Shown here one piece after another: positions 38,258 to 47,499 of a DNA stretch of 64,000 nucleotides (the stretch's first letter is position 1; every line of letters starts with the position of its first letter). The notes under the pieces were generated by a model that worked only from the letters and a program-made list of their open reading frames with translations, made no database searches and was not told the DNA's origin. Both the position numbers and the translations under genes were made by a program. Origin of the DNA: Alteromonas naphthalenivorans (lineage in GTDB: Bacteria > Babelota > Babeliae > Babelales > CAIQNR01); the NCBI GenBank assembly GCA_047631715.1, contig JBLICC010000001.1, forward strand, positions 32,149-96,148, written 5' to 3'.

Positions 38258-39136
38258 TTACATAGAAAGTTGGTCAACGTTGGTTTTAAATGCACCTACA
38301 AAAGAGAAATCTTCTTTTTGCTTGGTAAATAAACCTTTGTTTCTCATGGCAGAACAAAGACGATAAATGCCTATTCCTGCGCCATAACGAGGAAAGAAGT
38401 CTAACGATAAATATTCAGCAAGTTCTGCAAGCACGCGTTCTTTATCTGTTTTTTCAAACAGAGTCTTTGCATACTCGCCGTTTTCTACAGAATAGAAAAA
38501 CTTTTCCATCTCAGTTTTATCGCAAGAACGTTCAGCAGACCCCATGGTTTCCATGCCATTAAGAATAACGTCTACTTTTCTAAAGATGTCATTGCCCGCA
38601 TACTTCATGTTCCAGTAGGGGTTGGTTCGAGTAGGGAAGTTTTGAAGCAGTATTGCTTCTGCTTCTTCTTTGCACATGCGCGTTTCGTGTTTATCTTCTA
38701 GCTCGGTAACATTATATTTTTTTGCCAAATCTTCGTAGTTTATAGTTTTTGGTTTATCAAAGCCCATATGTTCAAGAATCTCGGTTTCTATGGTTTTTAG
38801 ATCTTCCATGTCGCCTTTAGACTCAAATTCAAACAAATACGGCGTTAATAAATGACGGCCTGGTATTGGGTTGGCTTCGTTTCGATAACTGGTAGTCAAG
38901 CAAAAAACCCCTTGGTATTCGGGGTTTTTTAAAAGTTCGAGTTCCAAATGCATTTGGCCAGTCTGAGGAAGAGGCCATTCTTTTCCGCCCATTTTCATTT
39001 GAGAAATGGTACGGGGGTCTTCACAGGCGGCTAAAATAGAAAGACGCCCTTGGGCTGGCACTTCTATAAAACCTTTAGACAAAAAAAAACTACGAAGTTT
39101 ATTCGTAGTTATGTGGAATTCGCGCGTATCTTGCAT
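38258..39136 (-). CDS. Stand-alone class IIb aaRS catalytic-domain protein (AsnRS-like / asparagine synthetase type)
   Basis: 292 aa with no anticodon-binding domain. SILAACEDP, LPQTGQMHLE, motif 2 SYRNE..GRH..FEFE, motif 3 GAGIGIYRL. Confidence 0.8.
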   Translation of the reverse strand: MQDTREFHITTNKLRSFFLSKGFIEVPAQGRLSILAACEDPRTISQMKMGGKEWPLPQTGQMHLELELLKNPEYQGVFCLTTSYRNEANPIPGRHLLTPYLFEFESKGDMEDLKTIETEILEHMGFDKPKTINYEDLAKKYNVTELEDKHETRMCKEEAEAILLQNFPTRTNPYWNMKYAGNDIFRKVDVILNGMETMGSAERSCDKTEMEKFFYSVENGEYAKTLFEKTDKERVLAELAEYLSLDFFPRYGAGIGIYRLCSAMRNKGLFTKQKEDFSFVGAFKTNVDQLSM

Positions 39137-39248
39137 GACGATCCTTAATTAAAGGGGACAAAACAGTACATCACTTTTTAACGCTATCAGAAGAAAGAGT
39201 ACCTGGCTAGCTCAGAATAAAGTTACTCCAGATACTCTTTTTATAAAT

Positions 39249-40259
39249 CTATGCTGATGCGGGTTTCACATACTCTTTCACAAGATTATGATTATGTATT
39301 AATCCTGTGGCGCTTAATGCAACGGTTGCACCAGCATCAAGAAATAAATCAAAATGTTTTGGGCACATAATGCCACCAACGCCTGCAATTTCGAAATCTA
39401 GTTGTTCTTCTGTGCGTATTTCTACCAGTGTTTTAACTTGTTCTAAAGCAAGTTCGCGAATTATATCTCCCGATACACCAGCCATTGGACGATTGGGGAA
39501 AAAGTTTTTCCCTGTAGTTTGGTTAAGAATTTCTGTTGCAATAGAGTTCATACTAGTAATACCACGTACTCCAGCTTGTACTACAGCTGTAATAACGTTA
39601 CGAAGAATTTGTTTATCAGAGATAAAACCAATTTTTACAAGAACAGGAAATTCTTCTGCTCCTTTTATTGTTGCTTTACAGATATCAGCAAGCTCTTCTA
39701 GATCTTCGTACAATGGTTTTTCGTGAATATTAGGACACGCAATGTTAATTTCTATAGCTTGTGCGCCAGCTTGTTTTACTAGTTGTGCCAAGTGATGAGC
39801 ATCTTGCGCACGAGAAATACCGGGATATGCTTGCGGGTAGATAGAAACAATAAGTATTTGATTGTCGTCTAAAGATTCGCGTGCATTTTTAATGTCTTGA
39901 ATAACTTCTGAGGATGTATCGCTTTCTATGCCATAAGAGTTTGCAATGCTGATTGGTTGCATCAAGTTATAATCGGTTGATGCAGCAAGACCAGTTGCAA
40001 GTGATGATCGAGTAAGTTGATTTGTATCTTCTAGGTATCCCATGTTTGGTTCTGGATGACGCATAGTAGGATGAGATCGAACCGACTTATAGGTTAAAAT
40101 GCTACATTCTTTCTGTGCAAGTTCATCGATAGTTTTTGATTTTCCTAAGATGCACGCAGAAAGACCTACAGGATGTTTTATCTGATAGCCTAAGAATGTT
40201 GTAGCGTTAATGTTGATGGCTGTTAATAAGAGTAGTGAAAGTGAGAGTGATTTTTTCAT
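39249..40259 (-). CDS. Dihydroorotate dehydrogenase family (class 1-like) flavoprotein with an N-terminal hydrophobic leader
   Basis: TYKSVR, NSYG, EINIACPN, VLVKIG, AGVSG, IAGVGGI. Confidence 0.75.
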   Translation of the reverse strand: MKKSLSLSLLLLTAININATTFLGYQIKHPVGLSACILGKSKTIDELAQKECSILTYKSVRSHPTMRHPEPNMGYLEDTNQLTRSSLATGLAASTDYNLMQPISIANSYGIESDTSSEVIQDIKNARESLDDNQILIVSIYPQAYPGISRAQDAHHLAQLVKQAGAQAIEINIACPNIHEKPLYEDLEELADICKATIKGAEEFPVLVKIGFISDKQILRNVITAVVQAGVRGITSMNSIATEILNQTTGKNFFPNRPMAGVSGDIIRELALEQVKTLVEIRTEEQLDFEIAGVGGIMCPKHFDLFLDAGATVALSATGLIHNHNLVKEYVKPASA

Positions 40260-40280
40260 TACGGACCTTTTTGTTAGATA

Positions 40281-41375
40281 TTAAAACTTTCTCATGGTAA
40301 TCCCTTGAATCCATCCCAAGCTTGCAAGTGTAATCCACAAAGAGGTTACACCGTAACTAAGCAGCGGTAACGGAATACCAACAATGGGTAACAATCCAGA
40401 GATCATTGCAATATTAATAAAAGCAGAAAGCATGATAGATATCAATAGACCTGCGGCAAGAAGTTGAGCAAAAAAAGTTTTAACTGTCTGGAGTTGAAAA
40501 ATAATACGAAAGAAAAGTGTGCTGTAGAGTAGCAGAATAAAGAGTGCTCCTATAAAACCCCACTCTTCGCAAATAACAGAAAAAATAAAATCGGTTCTAC
40601 TTTCGGGTAAAAATAAAAGAGTATTTTGTGTGCCTTTGGTAAACCCTTTGCCCCACATACCTCCTGAGCCAATAGCAATTTTTGATTGTTCAATTTGGTA
40701 CCGCTCTTTATGGCTTTCTCCTGCACCTAGAAATACAGCAATACGTTTTTTTTGATACGGTTTAAGTACTTGCCAACCTAAAGGTGCACAAAGTAAAGCG
40801 CAGAGTAAACCCCATTTAAAAAATTTTGGACTAATACCAGCTAGCCAAAGCATTACGAGTCCTGTTGTAAAAAAAATAATAGCAGTTCCCAGATCTGGTT
40901 GTTTTAAAATAAGTATGCTACTGAATGTTAAAATTCCTAGAATGGGATAAAAACTATCTAGGCGATAGACAGGAACATCGTTTTCTGTGTAGAGATAGTA
41001 AGTTAAAAATGCAGGGAAGAATAATTTTGCAACTTCAGAAGGTTGGAATCGTATAATTTTTAAATCGATCCATCGCTGTGCGCCCATACCTATTCTGCCT
41101 TTTATGAGGGTAAACACAAGCAGTCCCATTACAAGAAAATAAATAAAATAACCTGATCGGCACAGTGCTCTAAAATCAACAAAACAGAAAGAAAAATAGA
41201 GTGCAAGGCCAGACAAAAAGCCAAAGAGTTGTTTTTTATAAAAGACCGAGTAGGCAACATGCTCATTAGTTGTTGAACTATAAACAAAGGCAAGGCCGAT
41301 AATAGAAAGCGTTATGGTCAGTGCAAAGCTGATCCAATCAAAATGATAAAAATAGCGACGATCTATATTAAGCAT
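40281..41375 (-). CDS. rodA: SEDS family peptidoglycan glycosyltransferase RodA
   Basis: GAQRWI, FQPSE, QPDLGTA, QSKIAIGSGG, FLPESRTDFIFS, GIPLPLLSYG. Confidence 0.93.
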   Translation of the reverse strand: MLNIDRRYFYHFDWISFALTITLSIIGLAFVYSSTTNEHVAYSVFYKKQLFGFLSGLALYFSFCFVDFRALCRSGYFIYFLVMGLLVFTLIKGRIGMGAQRWIDLKIIRFQPSEVAKLFFPAFLTYYLYTENDVPVYRLDSFYPILGILTFSSILILKQPDLGTAIIFFTTGLVMLWLAGISPKFFKWGLLCALLCAPLGWQVLKPYQKKRIAVFLGAGESHKERYQIEQSKIAIGSGGMWGKGFTKGTQNTLLFLPESRTDFIFSVICEEWGFIGALFILLLYSTLFFRIIFQLQTVKTFFAQLLAAGLLISIMLSAFINIAMISGLLPIVGIPLPLLSYGVTSLWITLASLGWIQGITMRKF

Positions 41376-41453
41376 TTATATACCTATTATGTAAATTTTT
41401 TATAGTGCAATAATAGCATAATTAAAAATTATATATCAGAAACCTCTTTACTA

Positions 41454-41945
41454 TTATGAGAGCACTATTTTACTAAGTTTACTCATAAGGGGAGTACTGA
41501 GTGTTTGTTTTTGGTTAGGGTCTTGTTGCTCTTTATTTTCTGTAGATAGTTTTTTCCAATCGTCTCTAGTGTCTGGATGTAAACTTACAAAAGTATCAAG
41601 ATGATATAAAAAATGTTGAATTTCTCTATCATGGGATTTGTGTTCTCGTATGGTGTTTGCTGCATGTAGGGCAAAAATAGCTTCAGGCTTTGCATCACTT
41701 TTTTTAGTGCAGTAATTTAAAAATGTAAGATCGTCATTAGATTTTGTTTTGTCTCCTCGTGTAACCGTTAATTTTTGTTCTAAAATTTTATAATTAAGTT
41801 TCCATACTGTTATATCAGGTGTGTAGACCGACAAGTCTAAGCGCCATGAATAGCCTCTCAGTGAGCTGGTTGCATGTTTTTTTGGTTGTGCTGTGTGTAG
41901 AAGAAATGGTGTGAGCAATAGTACGATAAGATACTTCATTTTCAA
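41454..41945 (-). CDS. Hypothetical secreted protein
   Basis: Signal peptide MKYLIVLLLTPFLLHTA. Upstream sequence is shared with 41995-42546. Confidence 0.65.
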   Translation of the reverse strand: MKMKYLIVLLLTPFLLHTAQPKKHATSSLRGYSWRLDLSVYTPDITVWKLNYKILEQKLTVTRGDKTKSNDDLTFLNYCTKKSDAKPEAIFALHAANTIREHKSHDREIQHFLYHLDTFVSLHPDTRDDWKKLSTENKEQQDPNQKQTLSTPLMSKLSKIVLS

Positions 41946-41994
41946 TCCCCTAATTTTGAAAATTAATAAATAAGTTGTTGTTCCCTTTTTTTAT

Positions 41995-42546
41995 TTATTC
42001 TTGGAAAGGTTGCAACATAAGCGGTTGTTCATCTCCGTTTTCGTAAAGTGGTGGAAGGTCATCTTCATAAATATTTGTTTGTTGTGCCGGTATATCTTCT
42101 TGTGGAAAAGATTCTTTTAAAAAATAATAAGGTAAAGATAAAGTACCAAAATTCTTATTTAAAACTGCAATAAGAGGAAGCACTTTATTAAGATCGCGTG
42201 CAATAGCCTTGCTTATTTCTCTATTCTGGCTGGTACAGGGTAAAACTATGTCTACGCCTTCTTTGGGATGTAATATTTGAGTACTGTGATGTTTTTTAAA
42301 TTCACCAATAAGTTTTTTTGGAGGTGACTTAAAGTGTACAGTATTGTTTTCTTTGATGTATTTAAAAGTAAATTTTGTAGACCATAAAAAATCTTCTCGT
42401 TCTTTAATAACAAGTTTCATTTCATCCGGTTTAAAAGTACAGGTTATTTTTTTATTTTCTTTTAACTTACATGTTTGGGTAAGAGTTTCTGAACAATAGG
42501 CTGTTTGTAGAAAAAGTGGTGTGAGTAATACTAAAAAATATTTCAT
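41995..42546 (-). CDS. Hypothetical secreted protein
   Basis: Signal peptide MKYFLVLLTPLFLQTA. Confidence 0.65.
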   Translation of the reverse strand: MKYFLVLLTPLFLQTAYCSETLTQTCKLKENKKITCTFKPDEMKLVIKEREDFLWSTKFTFKYIKENNTVHFKSPPKKLIGEFKKHHSTQILHPKEGVDIVLPCTSQNREISKAIARDLNKVLPLIAVLNKNFGTLSLPYYFLKESFPQEDIPAQQTNIYEDDLPPLYENGDEQPLMLQPFQE

Positions 42547-42622
42547 TCTTAATTCCCTAATTTTAAAAACATAATAAGGGAATTTACTGTTTTTTTTATA
42601 GATTGTTCAAGAGTTTAAAATT

Positions 42623-43086
42623 CTAAGGTGAAGGTGGAGGAGTCTCCAAAAGTGCTGAAGTGTCTTCTTCTTCGGTTTCTTCAGGATCAACATAAGTTTC
42701 AAATAGACCTATGCTTAATTTAAGGCAATGGTTAAAATATTCTGGAGTGTAATAAGCATCGCTGCTTAGAAGTGTAAGAGCAAGAGCTTGAACTGCATTA
42801 AACGAAAGATTAAGAATAAGTATTCTCATGTTCTCATGAGATTTTTCTAGATAAAAACATTTTTCCAAAGTCCCAGATAGAGCACGTTGTAACCTGGAAT
42901 ATAAGCATGTTCTTGTAACGGCATATAATAAAATTTTGTATCAGTATTTGCATTAAAGAGGCAAACATTAATAATTAAATGTGTTGAACGTTGGCCTATT
43001 TATGTTTCTTTTATTGTAAACGGTTGATAGGCGCAAAAAGATGTTGTTGTGAAAAGTAATAAGAAAGAAATGAGTGTTTGTTTCAT
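42623..43086 (-). pseudogene. Degraded secreted-protein gene
   Basis: ATG 43086 gives signal-like MKQTLISFLLLFTTTSFCA, then TAA at codon 29. The downstream piece (42623-42868) is in another frame. Confidence 0.5.
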
Positions 43087-43103
43087 GTTGTTTTCTAAAA
43101 AAC

Positions 43104-43179
43104 TGGTCGGGATGGCCAGACTCGAACTGGCGACCCCTCGCTCCCAAAGCGAGTGCGCTACCAACTGCGCCACATCCCG
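43104..43179 (-). tRNA. tRNA-Pro (TGG)
   Basis: Reverse complement CGGGATGTGGCGCAGTTGGTAGCGCACTCGCTTTGGGAGCGAGGGGTCGCCAGTTCGAGTCTGGCCATCCCGACCA. Confidence 0.96.
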
Positions 43180-43232
43180 ACAGAATTTTTGAAGTCTACA
43201 AGTAAATTGTAGATTTATAATTTCAACTTAAG

Positions 43233-43309
43233 TGGGGTGGATGATGGGGATTGAACCCACGACCCTCAGAATCACAACCTGATGCTCTACCAACTGAGCT
43301 ACATCCACC
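43233..43309 (-). tRNA. tRNA-His (GTG)
   Basis: Reverse complement GGTGGATGTAGCTCAGTTGGTAGAGCATCAGGTTGTGATTCTGAGGGTCGTGGGTTCAATCCCCATCATCCACCCCA, with encoded G-1 and CCA. Confidence 0.96.
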
Positions 43310-43463
43310 ACCTAACTTTACCTTAAAACAAGCTAAAAGCAGCTCAAGGTCCTTTAAGTATGCCAAGCTTTAAGCAAAAAGCAAAGTCAAAATTTTAAAA
43401 AAAATATGTTACAATAAAACGGTTGAGCTGAAATATTCAAAATATATACCTAGGGCAGGTGCT

Positions 43464-46028
43464 ATGGCTAAGAAACATCGTTCGTGGATCAAGGTTACTG
43501 GAGCGCGTGAGCATAACCTTAAAAACATTTCCGTAGATATTCCAAAAGAGGCTTTTACGGTTATAACCGGGCCATCTGGATCTGGTAAAAGTTCTTTAGC
43601 GCTCGATATTTTATATACCGAGGGTAAACGACGTTATACAGAATCTCTTTCTTCTTATGCACGTCAATTCTTGGGTATAGCGCGTAAACCTGATGTTGAT
43701 CAAATAGATGGATTATGCCCAGCGATTGCCATTGAGCAAAAAACAGTTGGTGCTAATCCGCGGTCGACCGTGGGTACTATTACCGAAATTTACGATTATT
43801 TACGGGTTCTTTTTGCTCGTGTTGGAGTGGCGCATTGTCCTGATTGTAAAATCAAGGTAGGAGCTCAATCACCAGAAAGTATGGCACATCACATTCTTGC
43901 GTTGTTTAAGGATAAGCCTGTTACTATTAGTGCTCCGATTGCAAGACAACAAAAGGGTGAATTTAAAAAAGATCTTAAGCATCATTTTGAACAGGGTTTT
44001 TATCGATTTGAAATTGATGGTAAACAGTATAAATTTTCGAGTCCCGAAGAAATAGATGCTTTAAAGTTGGGCAAAACCTATAAACATACGATTGATGTAT
44101 TGATTGATGCTTTGACTGCTGAGGATTCTGAAAGGCCACGTATTCAAGAAGCGGTAGAAAAAGCAGAACAGCTTGCTGGTGGATTGGTAAAAGTTGTATC
44201 TGGGAAAAAAGAACAGCTCTATGCTTCTCAGTGTATGTGTTTAAAATGTAATAATGCGTTTCCTGAACTTGAACCTCGGTTTTTTTCTTTTAACTCTCCT
44301 ATTGGTGCGTGTAAGGGATGTTCTGGGTTAGGCATAACCAATAAATGGCCATGGGATAAAGGTGATAAAGACTATTGGAAAACAAAGTATCCTGATTTTT
44401 TTAAAAAATATGCAACACGATTGGGATGCGAAGAGTGTGGCGGTAAGCGTTTAAATAAATTTGCTCTTGCTGTAGAAGTTAATAAGAAGAATATTCACGA
44501 TATTGCAGAAATGCCTATTAAAGATGCACTTTTATGGTTCAAAAATATTACCATAGATGCAACCTCTAAAAAAATAGCAAAAGCATTGTTAAAGGAGATT
44601 ACTCGTAGGTTTCAGTTTTTGGATAATGTTGGATTGCCCTATTTAACACTCAACCGATCAGCCAGAACACTCTCTGGTGGAGAAGGCCAACGTATTCGGC
44701 TTGCAACACAAATTGGTTCTGCATTAAGCGGTGTACTGTATATTCTTGATGAACCAAGTATTGGATTGCATCAACGTGATAACGATCGTTTAATTAAAAC
44801 GCTTAAAGAGTTACGAGACCAAGGTAATACCGTCGTAGTTGTTGAGCACGATACCGATACCATGCAAGCAGCAGATTATCTTATTGATATGGGCCCAGAG
44901 GCGGGTGTGCATGGTGGAACAGTAACTGCATTTGGGACACCAAAGCAGGTAGCAAAAAATGCTAATTCGTTAACCGGTGCTTACTTGAGTGGTAAGAAAA
45001 AAATTGATTTGCCCGAATGTATACGAGAACCCTATGCTTATTTGATTTTAAAGCATGCAAAGAAAAATAATTTAAAAGATATTACAGTACGCTTTCCATT
45101 AGGCGTTCTTTGTGGAATTTCTGGAGTATCTGGTTCGGGTAAGAGTTCTTTGATCTTAGAGGAGCTGGTTCCTGCAGTTGAGCAATCGTTAACGGGTAAT
45201 CGTGCACGAGTGGTTCCTACAAAAGATTTAGTTGGTGGAGATCAAGTTAATGCACTAGTAGTTATCGATCAAAAACCAATTGGTCGATCTTCTCGATCTA
45301 ATCCAGCGACATACCTTGGTATTTTTGACGAGATTAGAAGTTTATTTGCTGCATTGCCAGAAAGTAATATTCGTGGATACAAGACGGGTCGATTTAGTTT
45401 TAATAGACCAGATGGTCGTTGCTTTGATTGTTCTGGTAATGGAACCATAACAGTAGAAATGCATTTCTTAGCCGATGTTACCATTACGTGTAAAACTTGT
45501 AAGGGTCGCAGATATAATAAAGAAACATTGCAAATTACGTATAGAAGAAAAAACATTGCAGATGTGCTTGATATGACAGCGCTCGAAGCTATGGCATTTT
45601 TTGCAGCACATCATAAAATTGTTAAACGCTTACAGTTGTTGTGTGACGTGGGTCTTGATTATGTAAAACTTGCGCAATCTTCTACAACGCTTTCTGGCGG
45701 CGAGGCTCAACGTATTAAATTGGTTAATGAGCTTGCAAAACGGGGTACTCGTACGCTCTATATTCTTGATGAACCAACAACCGGTTTGCATTCAAGTGAT
45801 ATAGAGAAATTGCTTAAAGTGTTAAATCGTCTGGTTATCAAGGGGAACTCAGTGATTGTTATTGAGCATAATTTAGATGTTCTTAAAACGACTGACTATA
45901 TTATTGATATGGGCCCCGAGGGTGGCGCAGAAGGTGGCATTGTAGTAGCCGAAGGTGAACCAAAAAAAGTAGCTCGATCAAAGACAAGTAAGACAGCGCC
46001 TTATTTGCGCAAAGCGTTACAGGCTTAA
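43464..46028 (+). CDS. uvrA: Excinuclease ABC subunit A (short form)
   Basis: GAREHNLKN, two Walker A motifs (GSGKSS), two LSGGE signatures, zinc fingers, LDEPSIGLH and LDEPTTGLH. Confidence 0.97.
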   Translation: MAKKHRSWIKVTGAREHNLKNISVDIPKEAFTVITGPSGSGKSSLALDILYTEGKRRYTESLSSYARQFLGIARKPDVDQIDGLCPAIAIEQKTVGANPRSTVGTITEIYDYLRVLFARVGVAHCPDCKIKVGAQSPESMAHHILALFKDKPVTISAPIARQQKGEFKKDLKHHFEQGFYRFEIDGKQYKFSSPEEIDALKLGKTYKHTIDVLIDALTAEDSERPRIQEAVEKAEQLAGGLVKVVSGKKEQLYASQCMCLKCNNAFPELEPRFFSFNSPIGACKGCSGLGITNKWPWDKGDKDYWKTKYPDFFKKYATRLGCEECGGKRLNKFALAVEVNKKNIHDIAEMPIKDALLWFKNITIDATSKKIAKALLKEITRRFQFLDNVGLPYLTLNRSARTLSGGEGQRIRLATQIGSALSGVLYILDEPSIGLHQRDNDRLIKTLKELRDQGNTVVVVEHDTDTMQAADYLIDMGPEAGVHGGTVTAFGTPKQVAKNANSLTGAYLSGKKKIDLPECIREPYAYLILKHAKKNNLKDITVRFPLGVLCGISGVSGSGKSSLILEELVPAVEQSLTGNRARVVPTKDLVGGDQVNALVVIDQKPIGRSSRSNPATYLGIFDEIRSLFAALPESNIRGYKTGRFSFNRPDGRCFDCSGNGTITVEMHFLADVTITCKTCKGRRYNKETLQITYRRKNIADVLDMTALEAMAFFAAHHKIVKRLQLLCDVGLDYVKLAQSSTTLSGGEAQRIKLVNELAKRGTRTLYILDEPTTGLHSSDIEKLLKVLNRLVIKGNSVIVIEHNLDVLKTTDYIIDMGPEGGAEGGIVVAEGEPKKVARSKTSKTAPYLRKALQA

Positions 46029-46098
46029 GAACCATTTATTGCATTTAAATAACTCATAAGATCATATTCATTCGATATGAACTGTATAGATTTATACT

Positions 46099-46220
46099 GA
46101 GTCATCCTGAGTGGTTTTTGAATGATAGTGAAAAAATTGTATCGAAGGATAATAGAGAACGAATTGCATACATTCGACCCATTCGATACAATTCCTAACG
46201 GAATCACTCAGGGTGACTCG
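46099..46220. repeat. Inverted doublet of REP-like palindromic elements
   Basis: GAGTCATCCTGAGT-hairpin-GTATCGAAGG on + (46099-46149) with an inverted copy (46178-46220). Nearly identical to 57734-57846. Confidence 0.85.
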
Positions 46221-46394
46221 CTAAAGTTCATATTCACTCAGTATGATTCGTTAATTTGTTCTGTTGCTTAACAAGATAGGATGAGACACTCTGAAGTTAA
46301 CCGTAGGCAGTAGAAATAGTATCGCTGAACTCGTTTGATTTTTATTTTTTTACATAGTAACATATCGCAGTTTTAATTCTTATGAAAGGCTGCG

Positions 46395-46880
46395 ATGGAA
46401 TATCTGAAAGCGCGTTTTAGTACTCTGTGTTTATTGGCTATTATTACTTGTCTGTTAACGCAATCTTTGTCTGCAACATATTATATTTCTATTCGATCTC
46501 CAGATAATACTCTTCAAGCATATGTTTTGGATAAAGTAAAAGATGAGATTATAGATAAAAATAATTCCCCCTCAAAACAAAAAATTGTTGTTAATGATGG
46601 TTTGATCGATCTATCAAAAGAAATTGATTATTTTAATGCTCAAGAAAATAATTGCTACAATATTGAAAGTTCTAAGGGTATTGCTAATCAAAAAAAACAA
46701 TCGAAAAGTGTTTTTTCTACATATCAGTTTTGGGGATTAGTTTGTATTGGGGGTGTGGCTTACAGGAATAGAAATGCACTTAAGCTTGTGATTGTCGGAA
46801 CGGCTTTTCTTGTTGTAGCCGCTGAAATCTTAGTATATAAAAGTAGGGTTTACAGGCAGCTTCCTGAATTTTCTTGGTAA
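46395..46880 (+). CDS. Hypothetical membrane/secreted protein
   Basis: 161 aa with an N-terminal signal and two C-terminal hydrophobic segments. Confidence 0.6.
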   Translation: MEYLKARFSTLCLLAIITCLLTQSLSATYYISIRSPDNTLQAYVLDKVKDEIIDKNNSPSKQKIVVNDGLIDLSKEIDYFNAQENNCYNIESSKGIANQKKQSKSVFSTYQFWGLVCIGGVAYRNRNALKLVIVGTAFLVVAAEILVYKSRVYRQLPEFSW

Positions 46881-46958
46881 TAGTACACTAATATTTTTCT
46901 TTTACGGTACATGTATTATTCTATAGGCACTATATTAATATAATACCATGTGAGAAAA

Positions 46959-47399
46959 ATGAAATTAGTTATACAGAGAGTTACACAATCAAGCGTAAAA
47001 ATTGATAATCAAATAGTTGGAGAAATTGGCAAGGGCATGATGGTGTTGGTCGGCCTTACTCATGATGACACCTTAGAAATTGTCGAAAAGCTAGCAACAC
47101 GACTATTAAAACTACGTATTTTTCCTGATGAACATAAACCCTTAAATCTTAATATTCATGATTTTGGAGGCCAAATTCTGTTGGTATCTCAATTTACGCT
47201 TTACGCTAATCTGAGTAAGGGTAATAGACCTTCATTTGTAGATGCTATGGAGCCAACAAAGGCAGAAGAGCTATTTAATACATTTGTGGCTAAAGTGACT
47301 GAATTGCATTCAGACAAGGTGGCAACAGGTAAATTTGGTGCTGATATGGCAGTTGAGCTTATTAATGATGGGCCAACAACTATTATTTTAGAAGCTTAA
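46959..47399 (+). CDS. dtd: D-aminoacyl-tRNA deacylase
   Basis: MKLVIQRV, LRIFPD, VSQFTLYA, KGNRPSF, FGADMAVELINDGP. Confidence 0.96.
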   Translation: MKLVIQRVTQSSVKIDNQIVGEIGKGMMVLVGLTHDDTLEIVEKLATRLLKLRIFPDEHKPLNLNIHDFGGQILLVSQFTLYANLSKGNRPSFVDAMEPTKAEELFNTFVAKVTELHSDKVATGKFGADMAVELINDGPTTIILEA

Positions 47400-47499
47400 A
47401 AGGGCTCCTAGATAGGGTTAAATTGAGTTTTTTGAGTATTTTGTTACACTTCTGTTATCTAAGAATTTGTTTTCAATAGAGTATTCAGGAGATTTTTAC

